Assembly: GCA_009914755.4 (NCBI GenBank)
Contig: CP068257.2
Span: 31,872,001 to 31,936,000, forward strand
Direction: 5' to 3'
Length of the DNA: 64,000 nucleotides
From: the human T2T-CHM13v2.0 reference genome, Homo sapiens
How positions within the stretch are numbered: position 1 is the stretch's first letter; the number at the start of each line of letters is the position of its first letter. This document shows, one piece after another, positions 52,420 to 64,000 of this stretch. A program made the translations under genes and the position numbers. The notes under the pieces were generated by a model. It was not told where the DNA came from. It was given only the letters and a program-made list of their open reading frames with translations, and searched no databases.

Positions 52420-52750
52420 TCTCACATGCCAGTGGGGGCGGGGGCTGAAAAATTCTCTCCCGGATGCATATCCCTGTCGAAACTGAACTTGGCGCCACCT
52501 GAGAGCGCCTGAAAGCCGTGTGTTAAACACCGGGTTGCCCTTCTTGCTCTTCTTCCTCTTCGCCTTTAATCTCAGGCACTTAGCAAGCCTGTTAAGGCTC
52601 CCAAACACTGCTGGGGACTGACAACTTATGCGGACACGGTCGCCTCAAGAGAGACGGCTCCTGTAATGGCGCCTGCGTCAGACACTAACATGGCGGACAT
52701 AGTCGTGCGCGGCGCAAACGTCAGCACCTCTACCCCAGCCGCTCAGAAAC
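52420..52750 (-). other. GART: GART noncoding exon 1 and transcription start region (boundaries approximate; the donor is not resolved)
   Basis: The CDS starts in exon 2, so an upstream noncoding exon is required. It sits in the CpG island shared with SON. Candidate minus-strand donors are GCAT|gtgaga (about 52425) and CAG|gtggcg (about 52500). The TSS position comes from the known roughly 150-bp GART-SON spacing. Confidence 0.3.
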
Positions 52751-52931
52751 AGCAGAGGAGAGCAGGGCCGTGCTCACTGATTGGTCCCTCGGTGGAGCGG
52801 GCCGGACCGGGCATTCCCTTTGGAGCCAATCAGGAAGGCGAGAGACCGAATTGGCCGCTGCGCCTCCTCCCGAGGCATGCTGGGAGCCTGGAGGACTAGC
52901 GAGGAGGAGTTGAGAGAACGGAGCGGACGCC

Positions 52932-53008
52932 ATGGCGACCAACATCGAGCAGATTTTTAGGTCTTTCGTGGTCAGTAAATTCCGGGAAATTCAACAGGAG
53001 CTTTCCAG
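52932..53008 (+). CDS. SON: SON exon 1 coding part (MATNIEQIFRSFVVSKFREIQQELS|S)
   Basis: ATG at 52932 in a gccATGG context. Donor CAG|gtaaacgcc at 53009-53010. The peptide matches the SON N-terminus. Confidence 0.9.
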
Positions 53009-56000
53009 GTAAACGCCTCCCAGATTCTTCTGCTCCCAACGGACCGTTAGGCCCTCACCTAGCCTTCTTTGGCACCTTTCTTCGGAGACGCAGTCGTTCC
53101 CCGGCTCAGGCCCCGCTAGGGCCCCGCCTGGGCCTGGGATCCATTTTCCGGGCCCCCCCCAACCGCCCCCCCAGCCGCTCCCTTCCTTTTCCCTCGAGGA
53201 ACTTCGCCTTTTCCGAGGTAACCCAAGACTCCCTGTTTCAGAACCGAGTTAAGATGTTCACCCTTCTCCCCTGTTTGGGTCCCCCCTGCCGTTTAGCTAC
53301 TCGTAGGCCCGGTTGTCCGCCAGGGACGGGCCTAGTTCCTTCCTCAGCTCCTCCTCCGCCGCCGCGTATCCCCTCCCCCTCTCCGCCTCCGCGGATTTTG
53401 CCGGCCGGTGCCTATGACCGGAAAGGGTCTCTAACGGCCGTTTCTTGGTTAATCTTAAATCCTCTTTATTATTGCGAGCTTCAGACCGCTTGGGGGTCTG
53501 GATCTATTAATAAGATTATTCGGGGCCTAGTGTCCTGTAGTATCTGTCAGCCGTTCTGATAGTTAAATGTTTCAATTAAAACGAACTCAAACTGATGCAC
53601 TTGCTAGTTTGTTAAAATACTCGAGATAAAGATGGAAGGGGACTTTGAAATGGTTGCGATTAATTACAGCAAGTGAAAGTGGACTTTGTGTGTAGGTCTA
53701 TTATTTTCTTGCTACCCCTGCCCCAGTTGACACGCTATTTTTGTCATTGCTGGTAGACTTTACATAATTTGCGCTTGGCTTCACAAAATTTGAAGGCGAA
53801 GAGATTGTTAAAGAAATGGTTGTTTACTTAGGAAAATAGTGTGTCATGTTCAGCGGTTGTCTCTCGATATTTGCTTTTGTATAAGATACTCATTTCTTTA
53901 AAGTACAGAAGTAGGAAAGAGATCTTGAAACGTAAGTGTTCCGAGTTCAAGTGTTTTTAATTGTATTTTAAAAGTTGAGAGCAAGAGCAGTACGTGAATT
54001 TGAAAATGGGCCGAAAACCAGTTGTAAGTGCCCAAAGTAATACAGGATTATTAGGGCAATGATGTATTATTGCTAGAATTATCACTTTTGCAGAATGTGT
54101 TGTTTTTTAAGTGGAAATAGATCCACTCACATTGCTTTTTAAATTTTTGTGATATTGCTAGTAGTGTTTTGGATGAGAAGAGACCCGAGCTAAGAGAATA
54201 TAATTTTCCTGACAAATCTCTGGCTGCAATAAGTAGTTGTTTGCTTAGTTTAACGAGGTGTGTTTTTGTAGCTTTTAAAAGCTAGTCTTTCCTTTAGAAA
54301 ATGAGCGTTTTATTATAATTTAGAAGACATGAAAAAGGAGAAAAGAAAAAACTCACGTTATTGATATTCTCATGTCATTTCATTTCCCCCCCCATGTATT
54401 GTGTGATATGTGATCATCTTGTTTTGTATTGATCATTTTTCCAGCTAATACGTTGTGAACAGGTTTATCCCTCTCAGTCTCAGTCTTTTGGACTTCTTCA
54501 TGGCTGCATAGAATCCCATTGTAGGAATATACTGTTGCATATTTAGGTGGTTTGAAATTTTCATTGCTTTTCAGTAAATGCGGTTAACGATTGCTGGCTT
54601 TAAGATGAAATCATTACTTCCTTGTAGATTAACTTTTAAAACCATAATTACTTTTCTGATTTTCAAATTTGTCATAATTATGTATAAATGCTTAGGAAAA
54701 TTGTAAAATAAAGTGCTACAGAAGGAATATCTAAAAATAATATTAGACGAAGCAGTTTATTACTAGAGGAATATGCAGCTTCTCTTCAACACATAATGCG
54801 TTATCAGTCTGCAAACAAGTTTTTGATTATTTGCCATTTCAGTGAGCTGTTTTTTTTCTCATCTGCTTTTATGTAAATTAGAGTAATGAGGCTGACATTT
54901 AGATAGTTAAAACAAGTTATCGAACTTCTGTTATAGATGGTGTGTAAGAATATGGCCTCTGGTTTGAGTACCAGCTTCACCTCTTAGTAGCTGTGTGACC
55001 TTCAGCTAAGTTTCTTCATTTATAAAAGAATAATAGTGGTGATCTCAGAGTTTTGTTAGGATTAAATGAGTTAATGTAGAACAGTATGACACTAGTAGTC
55101 AATAAATGATAATTATTATAACTATAATTATACAATTCATTGTATTAGAAAGCCAGATGTTCCTTAATAATAATTAGGTAACTACTGAATTTTTTTTGGT
55201 TTTTGACCATTCAGACTTTTATCAGGTAGTGGAGCATAATTGATGTGTTTTCATTTAGCTAAAATTGAAGTTAAAATCAAACTGTTGCTGAAAGTATTTG
55301 ATTTTTCAAAATTTTGCAAATTCACACAAAAATAGTAAAAATTACTGGGCGAATGATATGTTCTTACCTATTTAAAAATTTCTCTGGCCCTGTGAATGGA
55401 ACATGTGTTAAGCCATCTATGCTTTTACTGTTGGTATAAATGCCACTTGTTTTATGTGAGTTTTATAAACCAGAGTTCTTGATAATTGTGTAAAAATTAC
55501 ATAAATTATTTTCCTTTTTAAGTTCAGTGGCATTTCAGTAGCAATGTAAGCCTGGACAGAGGTTACAGGTTACCCTTTTTATTCAGTGTGCCTGTGGCTA
55601 ACTTTTGTGTTCCTTGATACTATTGATGGTGATTGTGATTTATGCACAGCTGTGGCTTTAATGTAGCCATGGTTTCTACCATAATGTTAGGCCACATGTT
55701 TTTCTTTTGATTTGTGACCGGGCTCTTATTAATTTTTCTCCCCTGAAAGAAATATGTGGGTATCCCAAAAGCCTAAAGTTAGATTTCTGAAATTATTTTG
55801 TTTAACAAAGAGTGTACTTAGAAACCTGTTTTCTTAATTTTCATAGTTCTGAAAACTTTAATTGTATAAAAATGAAATGTCCAAAATATAAGTAGATCAT
55901 GGTAAGAAGCATTATTAGTGGTGAATATCTAAAATAGGAAAAAGGTAAAACATCTGACAGTCAGTACAACATATGATTATTGTAATTAATTGGATTTTTT

Positions 56001-56052
56001 TATTAATGGTATGATAAAATATTAATGAATTTCGATAACTTTTCATGTCAAG

Positions 56053-56219
56053 TGGAAGGAATGAAGGCCAGCTGAATGGTGAAACAAATACACCCATTGA
56101 AGGAAACCAGGCGGGTGATGCAGCTGCCTCTGCCAGGAGTCTACCAAATGAAGAAATAGTGCAGAAGATAGAGGAAGTACTTTCTGGGGTCTTAGATACA
56201 GAACTACGATATAAGCCAG
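56053..56219 (+). CDS. SON: SON exon 2 (S|GRNEGQLNGETNTPIEGNQAGDAAASARSLPNEEIVQKIEEVLSGVLDTELRYKP|D)
   Basis: Track ORF 56045-56272 (+). Acceptor tttcatgtcaag|T at 56051-56052, donor CCA G|gtaagttgg at 56220-56221. Confidence 0.9.
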
Positions 56220-56291
56220 GTAAGTTGGAGATAATTAACTGTCTCAAAAATTTTCTTTTAAGATTTTTTTGAAATTTGAAGGTTAATGTTA

Positions 56292-56630
<339 letters not shown>

Positions 56631-56773
56631 TTTTTTTTTCAGTAAATTTAAGCTTTTGTTTAATTGATTTAATGAAGACTTTCTTGTTTAAATTTTCCTT
56701 CCATACTTCCACTGGAAAACAAACATTGATGTACTTGTTTACTCTGCTGGTAGAATATAATTTTTATTTTTGA

Positions 56774-57120
<347 letters not shown>

Positions 57121-57543
57121 TTGATTAAGTTTCTTAGTATCAGGAATTTGAGTATGGATTTTTATTAAACAGTTGTGTAAAAATACCCATCCCACTTAAA
57201 CTGCAGTGGATGGAGAGGAATCATTGCTTGAATATTTAGCGTTTTTGGAATTGATTAATTGATGTTTAGAAATGAAGGATTTAGCCACAAAAATAACAGT
57301 CATTACCTTGATTTAGTTCTGGAATCAAGTTTGTAATATGGTTGGTTTGTCCTCTTTTTTGGGGGGAACTTTAGCTGTGCTTAGATTCATGACTCTCAAA
57401 CAGACTTGCTTAGATTCATGGCTCTAACAACCTTCATTGAAGTATGACTTATCTAACATTTTGTATTATGAAACAAACAATTAATAGAAAATGGTAAGTT
57501 TTGCTTTGGCCTATGTCAAGTGTTGATTTATTTTCTTCTGTAG

Positions 57544-57862
<319 letters not shown>

Positions 57863-57988
57863 TTTTTTCTGTAGTCTTAATGGCTCAGATTTCTGATGAG
57901 CTTTTTTGGGGGTCCCTAAGATTTATCTAATTTGATATTGGCATTAGAGTAAATAAATCCCATCTGGTTGTTAAAGTTGAATACTCCC

Positions 57989-58281
57989 ATCTCTTTAGGG
58001 TATGTAAATTCAAACCTTCTTAAGTTGTAAATTAAGGACTAAGAATTTCCTCTCTAAAATCAGTATTCTTTTCTAAAATAGAAACATTTGAAAAGTTATT
58101 TATTAGTGGTTTTAGAATAGTATTGGGGGAAAATGTTATCTCTTTAGGGTATGTAAATTCAAACTTTCTTAAGTTATAAGGACTAAGAATTTCCTCTCTA
58201 AAATCAGTATCCTTTTCTAAAACAGAAACATTTAAAAAGTTATTTTAGTGGTTTCAGAATAGTATTGGGGGAAAATATTAT
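57989..58281. repeat. Tandem duplication (2 copies, about 150 bp and about 143 bp, roughly 93% identical) in SON intron 2
   Basis: atctctttagggtatgtaaattcaaac(c/t)ttcttaagtt...ggactaagaatttcctctctaaaatcagtat(t/c)cttttctaaaa(t/c)agaaacattt(g/a)aaaagttatt...agaatagtattgggggaaaat(g/a)ttat occurs twice in direct succession. Confidence 0.9.
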
Positions 58282-58927
58282 TTTTATTAGAATGTAACGT
58301 AGGCATGATAAGGTAAAATTTGAGTTCTCTATGAATATTTTATATTTGTTATTCAGATATTTTTATACTCTGTAGAAGCAATCACTAACCTTTGTTGAAA
58401 GCTTATTCTGTGCCAGGCATTATTTGATGTACTTTGCATGTTTTAACTCACTTTATCCTCTAACTCTAGAAGACACAAGTGTGTCAGTAATTTGGCCAAG
58501 ACCATTAACCTAGTAAGTGATGAACTGATTGAGGATTCAAAAGTGGCAGTCTGTTCCAGAGCCAGTGCCATGTTGCTTCCTGTATAAACAAGGGTTAATA
58601 ATCGCAAAAATTATATTATGTGGGTATTTTTAATAGAAACTGTAGCAACTAATAACATGAAATATATTCAGTGACAAAAGTAGTTTAAAAGTAATTTTGC
58701 TATGATTTGAGAGCTGGAGGGAATAATTATTTTAATAGAATTTAGTGAAACATGTCTTAATGTAATTCAAAGTAAGTTTTGGTGTTTAATAATTTATTTT
58801 TAACCCAGGCATTAGTTGTGGAAAGAATTATCAGAAAAGTAGTAGTCTCCAGGTTAACTGTTTTATGAAAAATAGTTTATTTGGTAACTTTTAATTTAAC
58901 GTGAGGTGTTATACTGTGGGGTTTTTT

Positions 58928-59213
58928 TTTTTTTTTGAGACAGAGTCTTGCTCTGTTGCCTAGGCTGGAGTACAGTGGTGCAATTTCAGCTCACTGAAAC
59001 CTCGACCTACTGGGTTCAAGTGATCCGCCTCAGCCTCCCAAATAGCTGGGACTACAGGTGCGCGTCACCATGCCTGGCTAATTTTTGTATTTTTAGTAGA
59101 GATGGGGTTTCACCATGCTGGCCAGGCTGGTTTTGAACTCCTGACCTCATGATCCACCTGCCTTGGCCTCTCAGAGTGCTAAGATTACAGGCGTGAGCCA
59201 CTGTACTTGGCCT
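58928..59213 (-). mobile_element. Alu SINE, antisense to SON, about 100 bp upstream of the exon-3 acceptor
   Basis: poly(T)gagacagagtcttgctctgttgcctagg...gagccactgtacttggcc. Confidence 0.9.
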
Positions 59214-59315
59214 GTACTAAGGTGTTTTAACATGGAATGTAAATATGGGTTTATATGATTTAATCTAACTCTACTTTGGGGAATGTCTGACAAAATTAAT
59301 TTCTATTACTTTTAG

Positions 59316-62300
59316 ACTTGAAAGAGGGCTCCAGAAAAAGTAGATGCGTATCTGTACAAACAGATCCTACTGATGAAATTCCCACTAAAAAGTCAAAGAA
59401 GCATAAAAAGCACAAAAACAAAAAGAAGAAAAAGAAGAAAGAAAAGGAAAAAAAATATAAAAGACAGCCAGAAGAATCTGAGTCAAAGACGAAATCTCAT
59501 GATGATGGGAACATAGATTTAGAATCTGATTCCTTTTTAAAGTTTGATTCTGAACCTTCAGCTGTGGCGCTGGAGCTTCCTACAAGAGCATTTGGCCCAT
59601 CTGAGACCAATGAATCCCCTGCAGTTGTGCTAGAACCTCCTGTAGTATCAATGGAGGTATCAGAGCCACACATCTTAGAAACTCTGAAGCCAGCTACAAA
59701 AACTGCAGAACTGTCAGTTGTATCTACATCAGTAATCTCAGAGCAGTCAGAGCAGTCTGTGGCAGTAATGCCAGAACCATCCATGACAAAGATTCTGGAT
59801 TCCTTTGCAGCAGCACCAGTGCCTACTACAACACTGGTGTTGAAGTCATCTGAGCCAGTTGTAACAATGTCAGTGGAGTATCAGATGAAGTCTGTGCTGA
59901 AATCTGTGGAGAGCACATCTCCAGAGCCATCAAAGATCATGTTGGTAGAGCCCCCAGTAGCAAAAGTGTTAGAGCCTTCAGAAACCCTTGTGGTATCATC
60001 AGAGACACCTACTGAGGTGTACCCTGAGCCAAGCACATCAACAACAATGGATTTTCCAGAGTCATCTGCAATTGAAGCGCTAAGATTGCCAGAGCAGCCT
60101 GTAGACGTACCATCGGAGATTGCAGATTCATCCATGACAAGACCGCAGGAGTTGCCGGAGCTGCCTAAGACCACAGCGTTGGAGCTGCAGGAGTCGTCGG
60201 TGGCCTCAGCGATGGAGTTGCCGGGGCCACCTGCGACCTCCATGCCGGAGTTGCAGGGGCCCCCTGTGACTCCAGTGCTGGAGTTACCTGGGCCCTCTGC
60301 TACCCCGGTGCCAGAGTTGCCAGGGCCCCTTTCTACCCCAGTGCCTGAGTTGCCAGGGCCCCCTGCGACAGCAGTGCCTGAGTTGCCAGGGCCCTCTGTG
60401 ACACCAGTGCCACAGTTGTCGCAGGAATTGCCAGGGCTTCCAGCACCATCCATGGGGTTGGAGCCACCACAGGAGGTACCAGAGCCACCTGTGATGGCAC
60501 AGGAGTTGCCAGGGCTGCCTTTGGTGACAGCAGCAGTAGAGTTGCCAGAGCAGCCTGCGGTAACAGTAGCAATGGAGTTGACCGAACAACCTGTGACGAC
60601 GACAGAGTTGGAGCAGCCTGTGGGGATGACAACGGTGGAACATCCTGGGCATCCTGAGGTGACAACGGCAACAGGGTTGCTGGGGCAGCCTGAGGCAACG
60701 ATGGTGCTGGAGTTGCCAGGACAGCCAGTGGCAACGACAGCGCTGGAGTTGCCGGGGCAGCCTTCGGTGACTGGGGTGCCAGAGTTGCCAGGGCTGCCTT
60801 CGGCAACTAGGGCACTGGAGTTGTCGGGGCAGCCTGTGGCAACTGGGGCACTAGAGTTGCCTGGGCCGCTCATGGCAGCTGGGGCACTGGAGTTCTCGGG
60901 GCAGTCTGGGGCAGCTGGAGCACTGGAGCTTTTGGGGCAGCCTCTGGCAACAGGGGTGCTGGAGTTGCCAGGGCAGCCTGGGGCGCCAGAGTTGCCTGGG
61001 CAGCCTGTGGCAACTGTGGCGCTGGAGATCTCTGTTCAGTCTGTGGTGACAACATCGGAGCTGTCAACGATGACCGTGTCGCAGTCCCTGGAGGTGCCCT
61101 CGACGACAGCGCTGGAATCCTATAATACGGTAGCACAGGAGCTGCCTACTACATTAGTGGGGGAGACTTCTGTAACAGTAGGAGTGGATCCCTTGATGGC
61201 CCCAGAATCCCATATATTAGCTTCTAACACCATGGAGACCCATATATTAGCATCCAACACCATGGACTCCCAAATGCTAGCGTCCAACACCATGGACTCC
61301 CAGATGCTAGCATCCAACACCATGGACTCCCAGATGTTAGCGTCTAGCACCATGGACTCCCAGATGTTAGCAACTAGCTCCATGGACTCCCAGATGTTAG
61401 CAACTAGCTCCATGGACTCCCAGATGTTAGCAACTAGCACTATGGACTCCCAGATGTTAGCAACCAGTTCCATGGACTCCCAGATGTTAGCAACCAGCTC
61501 CATGGACTCCCAGATGTTAGCAACCAGCTCCATGGACTCCCAGATGTTAGCAACCAGCTCCATGGACTCCCAGATGTTAGCAACCAGCACCATGGATTCT
61601 CAGATGTTAGCAACCAGCACCATGGACTCCCAGATGTTAGCAACTAGCTCAATGGATTCCCAGATGTTAGCATCTGGCACTATGGACTCTCAAATGTTAG
61701 CTTCTGGCACCATGGATGCTCAGATGTTAGCGTCTGGTACCATGGATGCCCAGATGTTAGCGTCTAGTACCCAAGATTCTGCTATGTTGGGTTCAAAATC
61801 TCCTGATCCCTATAGGTTAGCTCAGGATCCTTACAGGTTAGCTCAGGATCCCTATAGGTTGGGCCATGACCCCTATAGATTAGGTCATGATGCTTACAGG
61901 TTAGGACAAGACCCTTATAGATTAGGCCATGATCCCTACAGACTAACTCCTGATCCCTATAGGATGTCACCTAGACCCTACAGGATAGCACCCAGGTCCT
62001 ATAGAATAGCACCCAGGCCATATAGGTTAGCACCTAGACCCCTGATGTTAGCATCTAGACGTTCTATGATGATGTCCTATGCTGCAGAACGTTCCATGAT
62101 GTCATCTTACGAACGCTCTATGATGTCTTATGAGCGGTCTATGATGTCCCCTATGGCTGAACGCTCTATGATGTCAGCCTACGAGCGCTCTATGATGTCA
62201 GCCTACGAGCGCTCTATGATGTCCCCTATGGCTGAGCGCTCTATGATGTCAGCTTATGAACGCTCCATGATGTCAGCTTATGAACGCTCCATGATGTCCC

Positions 62301-64000
62301 CAATGGCTGATCGATCTATGATGTCCATGGGTGCTGACCGGTCTATGATGTCGTCATACTCTGCTGCTGACCGGTCTATGATGTCATCGTACTCTGCAGC
62401 TGACCGATCTATGATGTCATCTTATACTGCTGATCGTTCAATGATGTCTATGGCTGCTGATTCTTACACCGATTCTTACACTGACACATATACAGAGGCA
62501 TATATGGTGCCACCTTTGCCTCCTGAAGAGCCCCCAACAATGCCACCGTTGCCACCTGAGGAGCCACCAATGACACCACCATTGCCTCCTGAGGAACCAC
62601 CAGAGGGTCCAGCATTGCCCACTGAGCAGTCAGCATTAACAGCTGAAAATACTTGGCCTACAGAGGTGCCATCATTACCATCTGAAGAGTCTGTATCGCA
62701 GCCTGAGCCTCCTGTGAGTCAAAGTGAGATTTCGGAGCCTTCAGCAGTGCCTACTGATTATTCAGTGTCAGCATCAGATCCCTCAGTTTTAGTATCAGAG
62801 GCTGCTGTGACTGTTCCAGAACCACCACCAGAGCCAGAATCTTCAATTACGTTAACACCTGTAGAGTCTGCAGTAGTAGCAGAAGAACATGAAGTTGTTC
62901 CAGAGAGACCAGTGACTTGTATGGTATCTGAAACTCCCGCCATGTCAGCTGAACCAACTGTGTTAGCATCAGAGCCTCCTGTTATGTCAGAGACAGCAGA
63001 AACATTTGATTCCATGAGAGCCTCAGGACATGTTGCCTCAGAAGTATCTACATCCTTGTTGGTTCCAGCAGTAACTACTCCAGTGCTGGCAGAGAGCATT
63101 CTGGAGCCGCCAGCCATGGCTGCCCCAGAGTCTTCAGCTATGGCTGTCCTGGAGTCTTCGGCTGTGACCGTCCTGGAGTCTTCGACTGTGACTGTCCTGG
63201 AGTCTTCGACTGTAACTGTCCTGGAGCCTTCGGTTGTGACTGTCCCGGAGCCTCCTGTTGTGGCTGAGCCAGACTATGTTACCATTCCTGTGCCAGTTGT
63301 TTCTGCGCTGGAGCCTTCTGTGCCTGTTCTGGAACCAGCGGTGTCAGTCCTTCAACCTTCTATGATTGTTTCAGAACCATCTGTTTCTGTCCAGGAATCG
63401 ACTGTGACAGTTTCAGAGCCTGCTGTCACAGTCTCAGAGCAGACTCAAGTAATACCAACTGAGGTGGCTATAGAGTCCACACCAATGATACTGGAATCTA
63501 GTATCATGTCATCACATGTTATGAAAGGAATTAATCTATCCTCTGGTGATCAAAATCTTGCTCCAGAGATTGGCATGCAGGAGATTGCATTGCATTCAGG
63601 TGAAGAACCACATGCTGAGGAACACCTGAAAGGTGACTTTTACGAAAGTGAACATGGTATAAATATAGACCTTAATATAAATAATCATTTAATTGCTAAA
63701 GAGATGGAACATAATACAGTGTGTGCTGCTGGTACTAGTCCTGTTGGGGAAATTGGTGAAGAGAAAATTTTGCCCACCAGTGAGACTAAACAGCGCACAG
63801 TATTGGATACCTACCCTGGTGTTAGTGAAGCTGATGCAGGAGAAACTCTATCTTCTACTGGTCCTTTTGCTCTGGAACCTGATGCAACAGGAACTAGTAA
63901 GGGTATTGAATTTACCACAGCATCTACTCTCAGTTTAGTTAATAAATATGATGTTGATTTATCTTTAACTACTCAAGATACTGAACATGACATGGTAATT
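59316..64000 (+). CDS. SON: SON exon 3, the giant repeat-rich exon (5' 4.7 kb only; continues beyond the window end): [71 protein letters not shown]...
   Basis: Acceptor ttttag|AC at 59314-59315. The frame carried over from exon 2 stays open to position 64000. The translation matches SON, including the MDSQMLATSS, DPYRLGH and ERSMMSSY repeat blocks. This frame is absent from the supplied ORF track, presumably because there is no stop within the window. Confidence 0.92.
60170..61030 (+). repeat. SON: Coding tandem repeats, 33-nt period (11 aa: ELPGPPATPVP / LELPGQPVATG) inside SON exon 3
   Basis: Visible periodicity of the ELPG(P/Q)P..T.V units in the translation. This is the source of the Gly/Ser/Asn-rich antisense ORF 59881-60873. 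Confidence 0.8.
61205..61775 (+). repeat. SON: Coding tandem repeats, 30-nt period (about 19 copies of MDSQMLA(T/S)(S/N)(S/T)) inside SON exon 3
   Basis: Near-identical 30-mers ccatggactcccagatgttagcaac(c/t)ag(c/t)t. Confidence 0.9.
61803..62040 (+). repeat. SON: Coding tandem repeats, 21-nt period (DPYRL(A/G)(Q/H), then PRPYRIA variants) inside SON exon 3
   Basis: Repeated gatccctataggttagctcag-type units. Confidence 0.85.
62045..62450 (+). repeat. SON: Coding tandem repeats, 24/27-nt period (ERSMMSAY / PMAERSMMS / ADRSMMSSYS) inside SON exon 3
   Basis: Repeated gaacgctctatgatgtcagcctac-type units. Confidence 0.85.
63118..63240 (+). repeat. SON: Coding tandem repeats, 24-nt period (ESSAVTVL / ESSTVTVL, about 5 copies) inside SON exon 3
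   Basis: Repeated gagtcttcgactgtgactgtcctg units. Confidence 0.8.

Larger units (their letters stand above)
51880..53420. promoter_or_regulatory. CpG island and bidirectional (head-to-head) GART/SON promoter
   Basis: Very high CpG density. It contains CCAAT boxes at 52777-52784 (ctgattgg, inverted), 52824-52833 (agccaatcag) and 52849-52854 (aattgg, inverted), an ETS-type ccggaagt at 51943-51950, GC boxes, and no TATA. The SON ATG is at 52932 and GART exon 1 lies on the opposite strand. Confidence 0.8.

Noticed and set aside
51913-52945. ORFs of 70-100 aa on both strands inside the GART/SON CpG island (for example 51913-52146 plus, 52300-52608 minus, 52730-52945 minus)
   Set aside because: Same GC-composition artefact. 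The region is the bidirectional promoter with its 5' UTRs. The real SON CDS starts at 52932 on the plus strand.
61205-61775. Highly regular 30-nt direct repeats that could superficially resemble a CRISPR array or a non-coding minisatellite
   Set aside because: Eukaryotic sequence in an Alu/L1 context. The repeats are contiguous with no unique spacers and sit in frame inside the SON coding exon (MDSQMLATSS units).
59497-63117. Long minus-strand ORFs in the track (95 aa, 330 aa, 122 aa, 157 aa, 88 aa, 157 aa, 67 aa, 62 aa, 119 aa) overlapping SON exon 3, several with striking repeats (GPGNS..., MVLVANIWESMELVANIWES..., TSGSPWCWLL...)
   Set aside because: They are the antisense mirror of the SON coding tandem repeats, which are low-complexity and poor in stop triplets. 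The plus-strand frame matches the known SON protein continuously, and the repeats' periodicity is in SON codon phase.

Overview
This window is human (primate) genomic DNA and matches chr21q22.11, the DNAJC28–GART–SON interval. I identified it by translating the exons directly from the sequence and comparing them with the GART and SON proteins as I remember them; no database search was possible.

Layout:
- 1.2–1.8 kb: a CpG island that by position should be the DNAJC28 promoter and 5' noncoding exon (minus strand, gene body lies left of the window).
- About 2–13.7 kb: an Alu-saturated intergenic spacer.
- About 13.8–52.7 kb: the complete GART gene (GARS-AIRS-GART) on the minus strand. I reconstructed all 21 coding exons (exons 2–22). 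Every splice site is AG/GT and the exon lengths sum to 3033 nt, which is 1010 codons plus a stop. The model is therefore internally consistent.
- About 51.9–53.4 kb: the head-to-head GART/SON CpG-island bidirectional promoter.
- SON exon 1 (ATG at 52932) and exon 2 on the plus strand, then the first 4.7 kb of SON's giant, tandem-repeat-rich exon 3, which runs off the right edge of the window.

Other content:
- Roughly 66 Alu elements, about 30% of the window.
- L1 3'-end fragments and one ERVL-MaLR LTR.
- Microsatellites and a few small tandem duplications.
- No prokaryotic-type features (CRISPR, operons, tRNA or rRNA genes).

I see no evidence for a previously undescribed biological system; this is a well-characterised housekeeping locus. 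The observations worth a second look are:
- the intron-11 read-through stop plus ATTAAA that creates the 433-aa GARS-only isoform, exactly at the GARS/AIRS domain seam;
- the compact bidirectional promoter carrying several CCAAT boxes;
- the block-wise codon-level tandem repeats of SON exon 3;
- small intronic duplications and VNTR-like repeats;
- antisense Alus sitting just upstream of acceptor sites.

The supplied ORF track is misleading in two ways. Almost all of its ORFs are Alu or CpG-island artefacts. It also omits the real SON exon-3 reading frame, which has no stop inside the window, while listing long antisense ORFs across the SON repeats.
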